DNA of 64,000 nt from Octopus bimaculoides (taxonomy: Eukaryota): positions 24,033,138 to 24,097,137 of the forward strand of contig NC_068985.1 in the NCBI RefSeq assembly GCF_001194135.2, written 5' to 3'. Each line of letters opens with the position of its first letter. Positions within the stretch are counted from its first letter, which is position 1. The position numbers and the translations under genes were made by a program. Shown piece after piece: positions 50,941-64,000 of the stretch. The notes beneath the pieces are model-generated. The model searched no databases. It worked only from the letters and a program-made list of their open reading frames with translations, and was not told where the DNA came from.

Positions 50941-52104
50941 AACGGGTGGGAGAGTGACAGAAACGTTGGCACGTCGGCGAAAATTCTTTAGGGTATATCT
51001 TCCGGCTCTCTACATTCTGAGTTCAGATCCTACATGCCTGGAGAAGGCAAAAGGAAACCATTCCAGTATTCATCGTGGGTCTAGTCATAGTAACCAAAGT
51101 TCCAGTAAACTGTTCATCGCTGGCACAGGAGGATATAGGCCGTCCCAGGTCGTATAGAGAGTGTTGGAGAAGGTTCACACACGCAGTACCTGCACAAGGG
51201 TGGACCAACGCTAGACTAAACCGTATAAATTGCACGTGTTAATATTTGAAGAGTAAACAAATACAGTGATGAACGAATAACCAGGTATTACACGGTCATA
51301 CCTGCATCTGTAGATAATATCTTCAGCGAGAAGTTAGCCACATTTATATTTTCACCTCAACTATGTAACAATAAAAATTATTGCCTGGACGAAGTAACAT
51401 CTGAATGAAAAATTAATCACATCTCTACTCAACAGCATTGAGTTCGAATCCTGCCTTTTGCCGTTTTCTCTGTCCTTTCAGTAACATATTTCGTATATTT
51501 GTTGTTCTTTAGACCTTGATCGACCCAGATTGAGCAGAAGTATGATCATAGACCTTCCAGGCAAGACAATCCTTTTTATTTATTTTTTTTTTTTAAGATG
51601 GAGAATTATGCAGCACAATGTGTGTTTCCATTTTGAGGTTGGATATGAATTATGGGAATTTGCTATCTGTAGCAGGTCGAGCGATCCCACAGACGTTCTG
51701 GCTATGTCTTCGTCGTGTATGTGTAGACAATGCAGGTCAACAAGAAAGACAACACACCAGATGGAAAGAAAGAGAGAAGTGAAAGCGAAAGAGACCAAGA
51801 GTGAGAAGCTCACGTTGTTTACAAAGAGATTGATATGGTTTAGTTATTATTACGTATCGCGTGTTTTCTGCTAGACCACGAGTTAGACCACCTAAGTGGT
51901 GGAGCATCTCTCAGACCTATGAAAATGCAGCATTACTGCTTGTAACAACGGACGGCAGAGCATCCGTTTGAGAAGGGTGACGTCGCTCCAGCTGACAAGG
52001 AGACAGTGATAGTCTAGTGAAAACTGTGTGATGAGAAATTAATCAATCATTCTATGTTTTGTGCTTTCTTTTCCTTACTGTGTCTCTTTCTGCCCACCTC
52101 TGTC

Positions 52105-52144
<40 letters not shown>

Positions 52145-52163
52145 GTATCTATCTATCTATCTA

Positions 52164-52198
<35 letters not shown>

Positions 52199-52423
52199 GG
52201 TCTATCTGACTGTCTGATTGTGCTTTCTCTGTCTCTTTTTCTTACTCTCTTCTTCCCCCTCTCTCTCTCGCTCTCTCTCTCTCTATCTATCTATTAGCCT
52301 GTCTGTTTATTTCTCTCTCTTTCTTACTTTCACTTTCTGTTTATCTCTTTCTATCTGTCAGTCTGTTTGTCTATCTATCTGTTTGTATGTCTATCGATCT
52401 GTTTTGTCTGTCTATCAGTTTGT

Positions 52424-52489
<66 letters not shown>

Positions 52490-54019
52490 GTCTGTCTGTC
52501 TATCCACCTGTATTTCTCTTTCATATGCACGTAACTTCTTGCAAAGTCTTCAATTTCCTTTTACGTCTCCATTTCCGCCATGTTCATTACTCACTTAAGC
52601 AGACTCCTTTTTTCTCTCCCCTCGTCATCCCAGAGACGTCAAACACTTATCTTCTACGGGATTAGATGTAATCTGTTAGATTAAGATAATTGAGTCTTAA
52701 TCCAATTGACAAGATTTACCTCGACGTCCAAGAGTCGTCTTTTAGCAAGCAGCTTACCATTCCATGTGAATATGTGCGTGCGCTCGTGTGTGCGTCATAT
52801 GTGATATATGTGCGTATATACGTACGTGTTTGCTTTCGTTCGTGTGTGCGCTGGTACACACAGACACACACCCTCGCACACACACACACATACACACACA
52901 CATTGGTATATATTTCTATATATTTGCGTCCGTGCTTCTGTTTGTGTATACGCTTTTCTGTATGCTCGTGTATGCTGATGTTAGACTATATATGTATGTA
53001 TATACTTCTGATTATCTTCATGCACGTGTGTCTCAGCATGTCTGCGTGCGCGTGTGCTTACTTGTATCTTAGTGTGTGCATCTGTGTATTTGTCTTTGTG
53101 TTTGTGTGTGTGTAAATTTATATGCTGCTGCATGTAATGGCAATATATGAGTAGTGTACATGTATGAATATGCTTGTGTTTGCTTCTATATTTGCGTGTG
53201 CCTGCATGCGTATATATGCCTATGTTGTCTGTGCGGAGCCATGCGTGTGCTTGTCTATATTGATTCATGTGTCAATAATAAAAATGTGTGTATAAATATG
53301 TTTGTGTTGTATTTTATGTTATGTGTGTGTATATGTGTGTTTGTGTGCGCGGGAGAGTTCTCGTGCGTGTGCTACTGTTATGTATCTGCATAACATTTTG
53401 CGTTTGTCTATGTTTGTCTTGACCGGTGTTTGTATTTATGTATATGCTTATAGGTATCGTATGTGCATGTGTGTGGTGTTGAAGTTATCGTTTAGCTGAG
53501 GTCAACCCAGANNNNNNNNNNTGTTGAAGTTATCGTTTAGCTGAGGTCAACCCAGATTGAGAAGAGGATCAAAGTATTCCAGTCTTGACCAAGCCATGTT
53601 ATTTTCGGGCAACGCATCATCATTATGACCTAAAATTTCCTCTTCTCTCTTTAAGATGGTAGCATGCAATTTAGAGAGATTTCAACTGCTCTCTCTAACA
53701 TATCGACGATCCATGTAAAGTATCCCGCCACAATTTATACCTTTTTGACCTTGGCATGTGTTTCCGCTAGAGTTAATAATAACATAATATAGGTTTGAAA
53801 TTCTAGCAGAAGACCAGCAATTTTGCAAATCAATAGGGCTCAACTGGTACTTATTTTATCGACCCCGAAATGATGAAAGGCAAAGTCTATCTCGGCCAAA
53901 TTTACCCAGTTGGATATTGTCGAATTTTATCTTTCTCTTAAGCAACCTGAACTTGCTGAGATATTTAATGATATAGATGATAATGAAATAGCTAATACTA
54001 CGCGCGCTATGTAAACATT

Positions 54020-54780
54020 GCTCATTGACAAAAGATCCTCTCGGGTCAAACCCCAAACTCAACAAGTCCTTTCACCTAAGAATAGGAATTGCATGTTAGC
54101 ACAGGGATATACGATTCTGTCGGTCTATGTATATCATAGCTAAACTAAAAAAATTTCTGTAATACAGTTTGGTTTATATCGTGATGATGGGTTAGATGGA
54201 GGCACAATGGCCCAGTGGTTAGGGCAGCGGGCTCGCGGTCATAGGATCGCGGTTTCGATTACCAGACCGGGCGTTGTGAGTGTTTATTGAGCGAAAACTT
54301 CTAAAGCTCCACGAGGCTCCGGCAGGGGATGGTAGCGAACCCTGCTGTACTTTTCCACCACAACTTTCTCTCACTCTTACTTCCTGTTTCTGTTGTGCAT
54401 ATAATTCAAAGGGTCAGCCTTGTCACACTGTGTCACGCTGAATATCCCCGAGAAATACGTTAAGGATACACGTGTCTGTGGAGTGCTCAGCCATTTGCAC
54501 GTTAATTTTACGAGCATGCTGTTCCGTTGATCGGATTAACTGGAAACCTCGACGTCGTAAGCGACGGAGTGCCAACTACAACAACGATGGGTTAGATATA
54601 TCCCGACATGCCACCAGACATACTTTAGATACATTTAAAAGGAGAAAATACAAGCATCGTAATTTTTTAGACGTAATTTTTTTAACCACAATCATATATA
54701 ATCTCATTGGCAAACGAAAAAGCCGCATTCATTAATAGAGCTTCCTGCCATCCACCTTTAAGTTTTAAACCTACTTAATA
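54020..54780 (+). mobile_element. Degenerate Penelope-like element RT fragment, split by a SINE
   Basis: IYDSVGLCI (CDLVGLYI), QFGLYRDDGL|DIS, NFLDV, AFINRASCHPP (YIN..SNHPP) in the expected order once the SINE is removed. Confidence 0.78.
54198..54585 (+). mobile_element. SINE family 3, full length (388 bp), 12-bp TSD
   Basis: tRNA-like head, tail ..GCGACGGAGTGCCA ACTACAACAAC. TSD GATGGGTTAGAT at 54186-54197 and 54586-54597. Confidence 0.95.
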
Positions 54781-55928
54781 TTTGAATATCAGCAGAAGAA
54801 CACTTAATCTGATTTCGAATTAAAATAGAATATCTAATATCTAATATAATATCTAATTTAATATCTAATATATCTAATTTAATATCTAATATACTTAATA
54901 TTACTAAAATATTCTACTATTAATTGATAATCATTTCCGTATTATTTACAAAATATCTTACAGAAACAATATTAAACTAAGAGTTGCATTAATATTAAGA
55001 AGTTAATAACACCCAGACATACTAAACTGCGTTGAATGTATTGCGTAAATATTTTGTAGGTAAGACAGAAGTAAATTTAAACGACAGTGCTTCACTCATA
55101 ATTATTCCTTCAGACATATAGAAAAGAGGAATGCAATGAGATTGTATAATCACGTCTCGCATTTGGGTGAACATGCTACTAATTTCAAATAAACGCTCAA
55201 CATCCTTCAAAGATGTACACCATATAAAAGCGGAAATGAAAGCTGGGATTTAAGTACAGCTGAGAAGTGCCACATACTCAAAATCCTTCACATTTCTATT
55301 ATTTAAAGATGAAAGATGTTTAAGAAACGTCGCCATTTTGATAGGTACCTACTTAAAAATAAGAGCATAATACCAACACCATCAGACAGAAAGAATCTGC
55401 ATATAACATTCAGTCCTCATACTACGTTTATATAACTTTGTACGCAGCCGTATTGGCTTTTTACTTTTCTATCTAACACGCTGTCTATGAATTCGGCATT
55501 CATCTGATGCTTTCCCGTACGCATATATATATTTATGCACCAACATATTTGTGTATACATGTGTGAATATACATATATATGCACACGAATAACTTATATT
55601 AGTTGACATTACGAACTCTTTTCATTACCACGATCCTCATTTCTGGACTTATCATTTTTATTGTTCTTTATTCACATAATCTGTGACTTAGATTTCTACA
55701 ACTATTAATATCTTATATCTCATTAGAGTGTCGTTGTTGTTGCTTAGATTTGATCGAGCGGACGACATTATCCAAGATGGCATTTTTAATTCCAACATCG
55801 TAGGATCTGATAACACAAAACTTAGTTATTATTTCAAGCAACCCTAGAAATCAACCGCGAAGGGGTTTTCAAATTCGCATTGCAATTGTCTTGTTTTTAC
55901 CCTTCATGAAGTTATAACGTTGACGACT

Positions 55929-55997
<69 letters not shown>

Positions 55998-56892
55998 TTA
56001 CTACTACTACTACTACATTGATGTTTTTGTTGTTGTACTAGTAATTGAAGCTGCAACAGCGGCAGCAGTATTAGTAATTAGTTGCTTACGAAACTTCGTT
56101 TAGACGATATGAATGTGTACGTAGATATGTGTGCGCGTGCGTGTGTGTATAAACTTACACGTTGAAATATATATATATNNNNNNNNNNNNNNNNNNNNNN
56201 NNNNNNNNNNNNNNNNNNNNNNNNNNNNNNNNNNNNNNNNNNNNNNNNNNNNNNNNNNNNNNNNNNNNNNNNNNNNNNNNNNNNNNNNNNNNNNNNNNNN
56301 NNNNNNNNNNNNNNNNNNNNNNNNNNNNNNNNNNNNNNNNNNNNNNNNNNNNNNNNNNNNNNNNNNNNNNNNNNNNNNNNNNNNNNNNNNNNNNNNNNNN
56401 NNNNNNNNNNNNNNNNNNNNNNNNNNNNNNNNNNNNNNNNNNNNNNNNNNNNNNNNNNNNNNNNNNNNNNNNNNNNNNNNNNNNNNNNNNNNNNNNNNNN
56501 NNNNNNNNNNNNNNNNNNNNNNNNNNNNNNNNNNNNNNNNNNNNNNNNNNNNNNNNNNNNNNNNNNNNNNNNNNNNNNNNNNNNNNNNNNNNNNNNNNNN
56601 NNNNNNNNNNNNNNNNNNNNNNNNNNNNNNNNNNNNNNNNNNNNNNNNNNNNNNNNNNNNNNNNNNNNNNNNNNNNNNNNNNNNNNNNNNNNNNNNNNNN
56701 NNNNNNNNNNNNNNNNNNNNNNNNNNNNNNNNNNNNNNNNNNNNNNNNNNNNNNNNNNNNNNNNNNNNNNNNNNNNNNNNNNNNNNNNNNNNNNNNNNNN
56801 NNNNNNNNNNNNNNNNNNNNNNNNNNNNNNNNNNNNNNNNNNNNNNNNNNNNNNNNNNNNNNNNNNNNNNNNNNNNNNNNNNNNNNNNNNNN

Positions 56893-56927
<35 letters not shown>

Positions 56928-57028
56928 ATAATAATAATATTAGGGACAAAATCCCAAATTACAGGTAAAAAACTCAATTAAAATCAATTTATAAAAAATT
57001 AAAATTAAATTGAGCCTTATAGATAAAG

Positions 57029-57087
57029 TATATATAAAATATATAGTTTTAGGGAAAATTGGTTATTTTCCCTAAAACTATATATTT

Positions 57088-57095
<8 letters not shown>
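57029..57095. repeat. Perfect 31-bp inverted repeat with 5-nt loop
   Basis: TATATATAAAATATATAGTTTTAGGGAAAAT tggtt ATTTTCCCTAAAACTATATATTTTATATATA. Confidence 0.9.
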
Positions 57096-57125
<30 letters not shown>

Positions 57126-58146
57126 TACACGCACACAAACACACAAATGCGTATGTTATGCATGTATACGCAGACACACGTACACACACATATTCAAAGG
57201 ACTTTTCCAAATATCAATCTGCGCCTTAGTGGAAAGATGTATTCGGTAACGTGTCTTTTCCTTTACTAAAACACTTCTAATAAGGAATAACTTTAATTTG
57301 AATGTAAATTTAGGTGTTACTTCTAGCACTAACAACAACCATATAGTAACAGTCCTTCACTATGGAATCCGTAGTTTTAAATTAATTAATAAAACCTTTT
57401 CTATTTCCTACATCCGACTCTTGTTTCTCTCTAACGACTATCTCTTCCTTCTCCTCTTTTCCCTCCCATATTTCCATGCACCTACCTTACATTTCTTACC
57501 TGACTATTTGGCTTTATACAGCAGTGTGCTTATTTCCTACCTTTGAAGCTAAGCACCGCCTCTATGTCGCTGATTCTCTCAACCTACTTTTTCTTCTGTC
57601 GCTCCTAAGTCGTTGTTACTCTTACATATTACGGTTAACCACACCCTTTCACTTTTTATTCTTCTATTAATAGTCACTTTCTCATTTCCATCTTGCCTTC
57701 TTCGTTCGCACCTTATTCTCTTATTATTTTTTCCTTCTTGCCTTGATTTTTCTTTCTTTCTTCCTTTGTTTCTTTCTTTCTTTCTTTCTTTCTTTCTATA
57801 TGTCGTTATTTATTTACTTNNNNNNNNNNNNNNNNNNNNNNNNNNNNNNNNNNNNNNNNNNNNNNNNNNNNNNNNNNNNNNNNNNNNNNNNNNNNNNNNN
57901 NNNNNNNNNNNNNNNNNNNTGTGTGTGTGTGTGTGTGTGTGTGTGTATGCGTGTATGTGGGTGGGTGTGTAATATATGTATAGATGTATATATCGTATAT
58001 ATGAAATGTATATTTATATGTATGTATACATGTACTTATGCATATATATGTATGAATTTACATATATCTATAAATATATTTTAGTTTGCAATAAATATAA
58101 GGGTGTATAATATATGTATATATATAAGTATATGTTGTATGCACAT

Positions 58147-58178
<32 letters not shown>

Positions 58179-58272
58179 GTATATTTATATGTATGTATAC
58201 ATGCACATATGCATATATATGTATGAAGATACATATATCCATAAATATATCTTAGTTTTCAATAAATATAAG

Positions 58273-58330
<58 letters not shown>

Positions 58331-59843
58331 TTTGTAATTCTCATCTGACCCTGAATATAAAGAACTATCATCAGTTGTCATTTCTGACACCATTCATGTT
58401 ACAACACCTGTTTCTTGTACAAACTAAGAGAAATCAGTACATTTCTCTTAAAACCAGCGAAACATTCAGTCCTGAAAGTATCCTAGCAATCGTATGGAAA
58501 AAGTCCATTTGCATAGCTACTTCTTAACATCTGTAACTGCATTTTTGCACATTATGCTCTTCCATCTATTTGTAGAACGTCACAGATAACTTCAATGCGA
58601 AAGAAAGGTGATCTCACATTGCAATTAATGGGATATCTACACTTCTTATTGGTGCTTAGTTATACCTCAAGCTTAATGTTAAATCGAATCTTCCTCTCTG
58701 TTGAACTCATTCTAAAGAAAAATCAAATGAATTTCTTGTCCCCATTCTATGTCAACCTTGAAGTAGGTAGTAATTTGATGAATTGTTGAAAAAATAATTT
58801 ACTGTAATTTAGAAGTGTTATAAATCTGTGGACATTAAGAAAATGCAGTCGATTTTGTTCATACGGCAAAAATGAGTTACTATAGCTGTATGGTACACCA
58901 CAACAGACAATGGATACCATTAAATTAGTTTTCACAGATACAAATCTCCTATTCTTGACCCTGGTGATGAAAGGAAACCCTTCATGTAACTGAGGGAATT
59001 CTTCGGGATGATAACTTTAAAGCTCTTCTTTTTTTTATTATAAACAGATTATATCCTGTGGATAAAATAGACAGCAAATATCTTTTAGTTACTCTGATTC
59101 AATGCTCACACTATCACCCATATATGAAACCAAGAAAAAAAATTTTTTCATGTCTGACATTACTTTCTAAATTCTAACATAACACAAAAGATCTATTCAT
59201 TTCATGCGAGACAGCAAAACTTGCGATGGGATCTAACTAAATAATCGAATATAAAATATCTGTGCCACCGAAAGAAAACATCATTACAAATAAAATCTTC
59301 AACGACAAATCCTAAATAGTGTAGTTGATTTAAAACATTTAATTTCTCTTGTGGTAAGTTTAGGGAAGAGTTTTCTCAAACGGAAGCAATACTATGGCCA
59401 CTTTGAAACAAATTGACCAATAATTAGGATACTTGATGCAAGCTCACCCATTAAAAATCTATATCTTTCATATCCTTATTCAGCCAGTATCCTTGTAAAG
59501 CTCAGTCATACAGACACTTTCTATAAGGTTTCAAAAGCGATTAGATGGTTGCTAACCTTCACTTGTACGCAGAGGAGAAAATCGTTCAAGGAATACACTT
59601 TCAAAGCAAGAGCTGTCTCGGCAGCATTGTAAGGTCCCCGGCAAAACAGTGCACTGGGTCCTATAGTATTTACTTATTGACATAGCAAACGACAGCATGC
59701 ATAGTCATACATAGATCAGAATTAGGCCCCCTAGACCGAAGAGGCTCCGAGGAAACTGCCCACTGTGCCCAGAGCTTAAGATGGCCATGTTCAAAACTGC
59801 ATCAAATTTAAGAAACTTATCTCGAAAACAACGAAACAATATA

Positions 59844-60055
59844 CAGGGTGTCCACAAAGTCTGGGTACATGGAGTTAATAAATTCATAACATAAACAATT
59901 AAATATAAGAAATAATAATTTTTTAAAGTATGTGTTAATCCCCACGTGGGTACATAGGGTAAATAAAATCATAACATAAACAATTAAATGTAAGAAATAA
60001 TAATTTCTTAAAGTATGTGTTAATCCCTGTGTACCCAGACTTTGTGGACACTCTG
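59844..60055. mobile_element. Tc1/mariner-type MITE, 212 bp
   Basis: 26-bp TIRs CAGGGTGTCCACAAAGTCTGGGTACA (1 mismatch), TA TSDs at 59842-43 and 60056-57. The interior is two roughly 85-bp tandem units. Confidence 0.93.
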
Positions 60056-60666
60056 TAGAATTCAAATTCTTATGTGGTTCTTTTGAGTAAAAATGAACTG
60101 GTTTCATAATTTGTCCTTGGTAGGTCAAAGTTCGCTGGTAAGAAAAATCGCATGTACTTTAATCCGGATGTCGTTGCCAGAGATTTGGGATATGATGTCA
60201 GGGATCTTGGTATGATAATGCAAGTGCGCGAGTCCTGAAGAGGAGACATGAAATCTGTTTCGAGTTCTGAGAAGATGTGAGATGTGTTTCCACTACAGTT
60301 CTCAAGAGATGGTGATGGTGCTTTACATCTCCCCCCCTTCTCCCCCCTCTCTCTCTCTCTACACACACACATATATATATGTATATATAAATAATGGTGG
60401 CTAATTCGCAATTTTACAACCTAAAAGCAGAAATATATACGTCACTAAAGTGACAAAGGGTACTAGGTAGTACCAGCATTGCTAGAAATAAGAGTCAAAA
60501 CAACCGAATCGCCACAGAAGCATTATCTTAATGACTGACAAGGGAGACAAGCTCCTCACGATCGCGGATATAGCGAGGTGTATATATATATATATATGTG
60601 TGTGGGGTGGAGGGGGTTTCTGTGAGGCTGTATATGTACATGTTTATGTGTGTGTATATGTGTATG

Positions 60667-60706
<40 letters not shown>

Positions 60707-61135
60707 CTTCGTGAGTAGAATTGTAAAAAGATTCGTAACAAGTGTAAAACTGTTTAAAAATACAATGTAGCACGAATAATGTTGATGTATAATAGCACCC
60801 GAAATCTGAATATCATAGTTACGAACAATTTACATTCAAAAATAGTGATTTAATTCTCTGAAATCATAACTCAAAAAACTAAAATCGTTTTACAATAATG
60901 GGAATATATGAATATATATTTGGCAGCATTATCTAGAATGGCTTTTCAGGCGCGGCGTATTAGCTAAGTAGGCTCTATAAAAGGGAAAATTATGGAAGTT
61001 AGTGCTATAACACATACATGCATGCATGCATACATACATACATACATACACACACATGTGTATATATTTAAATTTGTATATACAGACACATACACAAACA
61101 CACACACACAGCCACACACATACACGCGCACACAC

Positions 61136-61194
<59 letters not shown>

Positions 61195-61826
61195 CAGAAA
61201 CCACATGTTGAAATATAAACAGCTACAGTACACAGAATCTCTTGAAATTGTATGACATATATGGCTAGTATAACATTTGGAGCAGTGAAGCCTACAGTTT
61301 TCTTATTCGTCATCGGATTTTTGTCTTACCATCATGACATTCGTCTTCCGGTTGACTATCCTCTACATGAAGGAGTTACTACAATGGACCACAGAGCACA
61401 ATACAAAACTAGATAGGAAAACATTAGTAGACAACACATCTATATCCTCCACAAAACTAGAAGATTAATGATGAATATATGAACATATCGCAATGCTAAA
61501 ATCATCACACGACACACAACATACTACAATTACAAACACAAATAAACATTGGACTAATGGCGTATAGTTCTGTCAAAATTTGAATTCCAGCGGCAATGTT
61601 TACATCAACCACAATTGTTCTTATCGATCGCAAAGAGAAAGCAACATTCGCCAATATCACTTCATTAAGGAGATGAAACCATGAATGACTAGAAACATTG
61701 ATGTGGTATTTAGAGATTTTGCTGTTCTAAAGTAACTACAAATTAATATGAAAAATTAAACTGAGAAAACTGACAAAACTTGAACACAATCAAAGTTTCT
61801 ATGCAAGTCCCAAAAGAAATGTGGTT

Positions 61827-61866
<40 letters not shown>

Positions 61867-61868
61867 GC

Positions 61869-61961
<93 letters not shown>

Positions 61962-62327
61962 CACACACACGCACATATGTGTGTATATGTATGAATATAT
62001 ATACTGATACATACACTCACACACAAATACACGCACATATATGTACACACGCGTACACATGTGGGTGTATAATTGTGTGCACGTGTGTATGTGTATATGT
62101 GCTAATTATATCTTCCGGCGAAGGATATAAGTTTTGATGTAATAAACTAATAAACTGTAATAACACTACGAAATATTTGCTCTGCAATGTCTTACAGACA
62201 CTCCCTTATTATTTTCTTCATCCGACATACACATTTAAATTTTAAAAAAAGTATATATATTCTACAAAGGAATAGAAGTGAAAGTATGAAATGAATATCT
62301 TTAGCAAAGGCGTATAAAAACTGCAAC

Positions 62328-62923
62328 TAAAGCTTTCAAATTTTAGCACAACGCCGGCAATTTTCTGGGAGTGATGTAAGGGAATAATGTAAGTCAATTT
62401 CATCGACCCCAGTGCTAAATTGTACTTATTTTAACGACCCCAAAAGGATGAAAGGCAAACTCGACCTCGGCAGAATTTTAACTCAGAGCGTAAAGACAGA
62501 CGAAATGCCGATAAACATTTTGCCCAGCGTGCTAACGATTTTGCTATCTTACTGCCTTGGTTGGAGGGAACTAGTCGATTACATCCATCCCGGTACTCAA
62601 CTGGTACTTTATTTATTGACGTCTAAAAGATGAAAGGCAAAGTCGACCTCGGCAGAATTTGAACTCAGAACGTAGTGCCGGGTATAATACCTATTTCGTT
62701 ATTGCCCACAAGGGGCTAAACATAGAAGGAACAAACAAGAACAGACGAACGGATTAAGTCGATTACATCGACCCCAGTGCGTAACTGGTACTTAATTTAT
62801 CGACCCCGAAAGGATGAAAGGCAAAGTCGACCTCGGCGGAATTTGAACTCAGAACGTAACGGCAGACGAAATACCGCTAAGCATTTCGCCCGGTGTGCTA
62901 ACGATTCTGCCATCTCGCTGCTT
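62328..62923 (-). mobile_element. Three head-to-tail SINE family 1 copies
   Basis: Three GATGAAAGGCAAA.TCGACCTCGGC bodies in succession. Confidence 0.9.
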
Positions 62924-63038
62924 TAAAGACTACAAATAATGCAAATCAGTCACAAAAAGGAAGGCAGGTCTTTATAACTGGTTAACTGGAGATGGTGTTG
63001 CATCAAACTACCATTTAATAATAGCTTATTATTACCAG

Positions 63039-63230
63039 AGGCATAGGGTGGCACAATCGGTAGAGTATCAGATAAAAACTTTTTTGCAGCATTTGTTCTG
63101 ACGTTCACCTTCTGGGTTCAATTCCTGCTGAGTCCAGTTTACTTTTTATCCTTTCGGGATATAAAATTCCAGTCAAGTATTGGGATCGATTTTAGTCGAC
63201 TAAACCCTTAAAATTTTTTGCCCTGTGCCT
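63039..63230 (+). mobile_element. Degenerate SINE family 1
   Basis: GGGTTCAAATTCC..TTTTATCCTTTCGGG. Confidence 0.7.
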
Positions 63231-63231
63231 T

Positions 63232-63527
63232 TAGTCGAGCAAGTCGATCCCAGGACTTATTCGTTGTAAGCCTAGTACTTATTTTATCGGTCTCTTATGC
63301 CGAACCGCTAGTTTACGGGGACGTAAACACACGAGCATCGGTTGTCAAGCAATGTTGGGGGGGGACAAACGCAGACACACAAACACACACACGCACACAC
63401 ACATACACACACACACACACACACGCATATATATATATGTATGTATGTATATACGACGGGCTTCTTTCAGTTTCCGTCTACCAAATCCACTCACAAGGCT
63501 TTGGTCGGCCCGAGGCTATAGTAGAAG
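63232..63527 (-). mobile_element. SINE family 2, partial
   Basis: Matches 24500-24730. Confidence 0.88.
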
Positions 63528-64000
63528 TATATATATATGTACACATATACAAATATTATATATAGAGAGAGACATACATAAGCACACAAGTGTGGGTTCA
63601 CATGTAGTGGGAGTGTCAGCGTATCTCCACCACTGTTTGAGAACTTGTTTGTTTGTTTACGTCTCGGTAACTTAGCGGCTCAGCAAAATATCCGGATAGA
63701 ATAAGCACCGGACTTCAAATCTAAGCACTGGCACCGATCCGTTCGATTAGAAATTAGCCTCGAAAAAATTACTGCAGCATGGGCGCAAACCAGTGAGTGA
63801 AAGAAGTAAAAAATAAAAAAAAAATAGATGTGTTTGTAAGTGTACCAGCATGTGCGACTGTTGCCCTAGGTGCATATGTATGCATCTATGTGTGTGTGTG
63901 TGTGTGTGTGTGAGTGTGTGTGTGTTATTTCTTTACTACACACAAGGGGCTACACACAGAGGGGACAAACAAGGACAGACAAAGGGATTAAGTCGATTAT

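Noticed and set aside
53477-53556. 35-bp direct duplication across a 10-N gap
   Set aside because: Typical unmerged contig overlap, an assembly artefact.
49617-54270. tRNA-like cloverleaf heads
   Set aside because: They continue into SINE bodies with TSDs, so they are not tRNA genes.
57495-57500. Strong minus-strand donor CAG|GTAAGA
   Set aside because: No matching acceptor or coding signal upstream. Such hexamers are expected by chance.

Overview
AT-rich, microsatellite-dense, gapped (about 14 N runs) animal genomic DNA. The SINE and microsatellite repertoire is typical of an octopus (coleoid cephalopod), which is an inference from repeat families. There is one confident protein-coding gene: an intronless vesicular acetylcholine transporter (VAChT/SLC18A3, 18016..19833, minus, 605 aa) with an unusual Tyr/Asn/Gly/Ser low-complexity C-terminal tail. 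Upstream on the same strand I find three small splice-flanked candidate exons (20444-20536, 34331-34410, 38764-38801); the first two are closed in all frames. They may form a long 5' leader shared with ChAT, as in the nested cholinergic gene locus of other animals. No ChAT coding exon is recognisable in the window. The rest is transposon debris: restriction-like-endonuclease (R4/Dong-type) LINE fragments sitting inside (TAA)n or (ACAT)n microsatellites, a Penelope RT remnant, several tRNA-derived SINE families, and hAT and Tc1/mariner MITEs. Nearly all other ORFs in the supplied track are microsatellite or N-gap artefacts.
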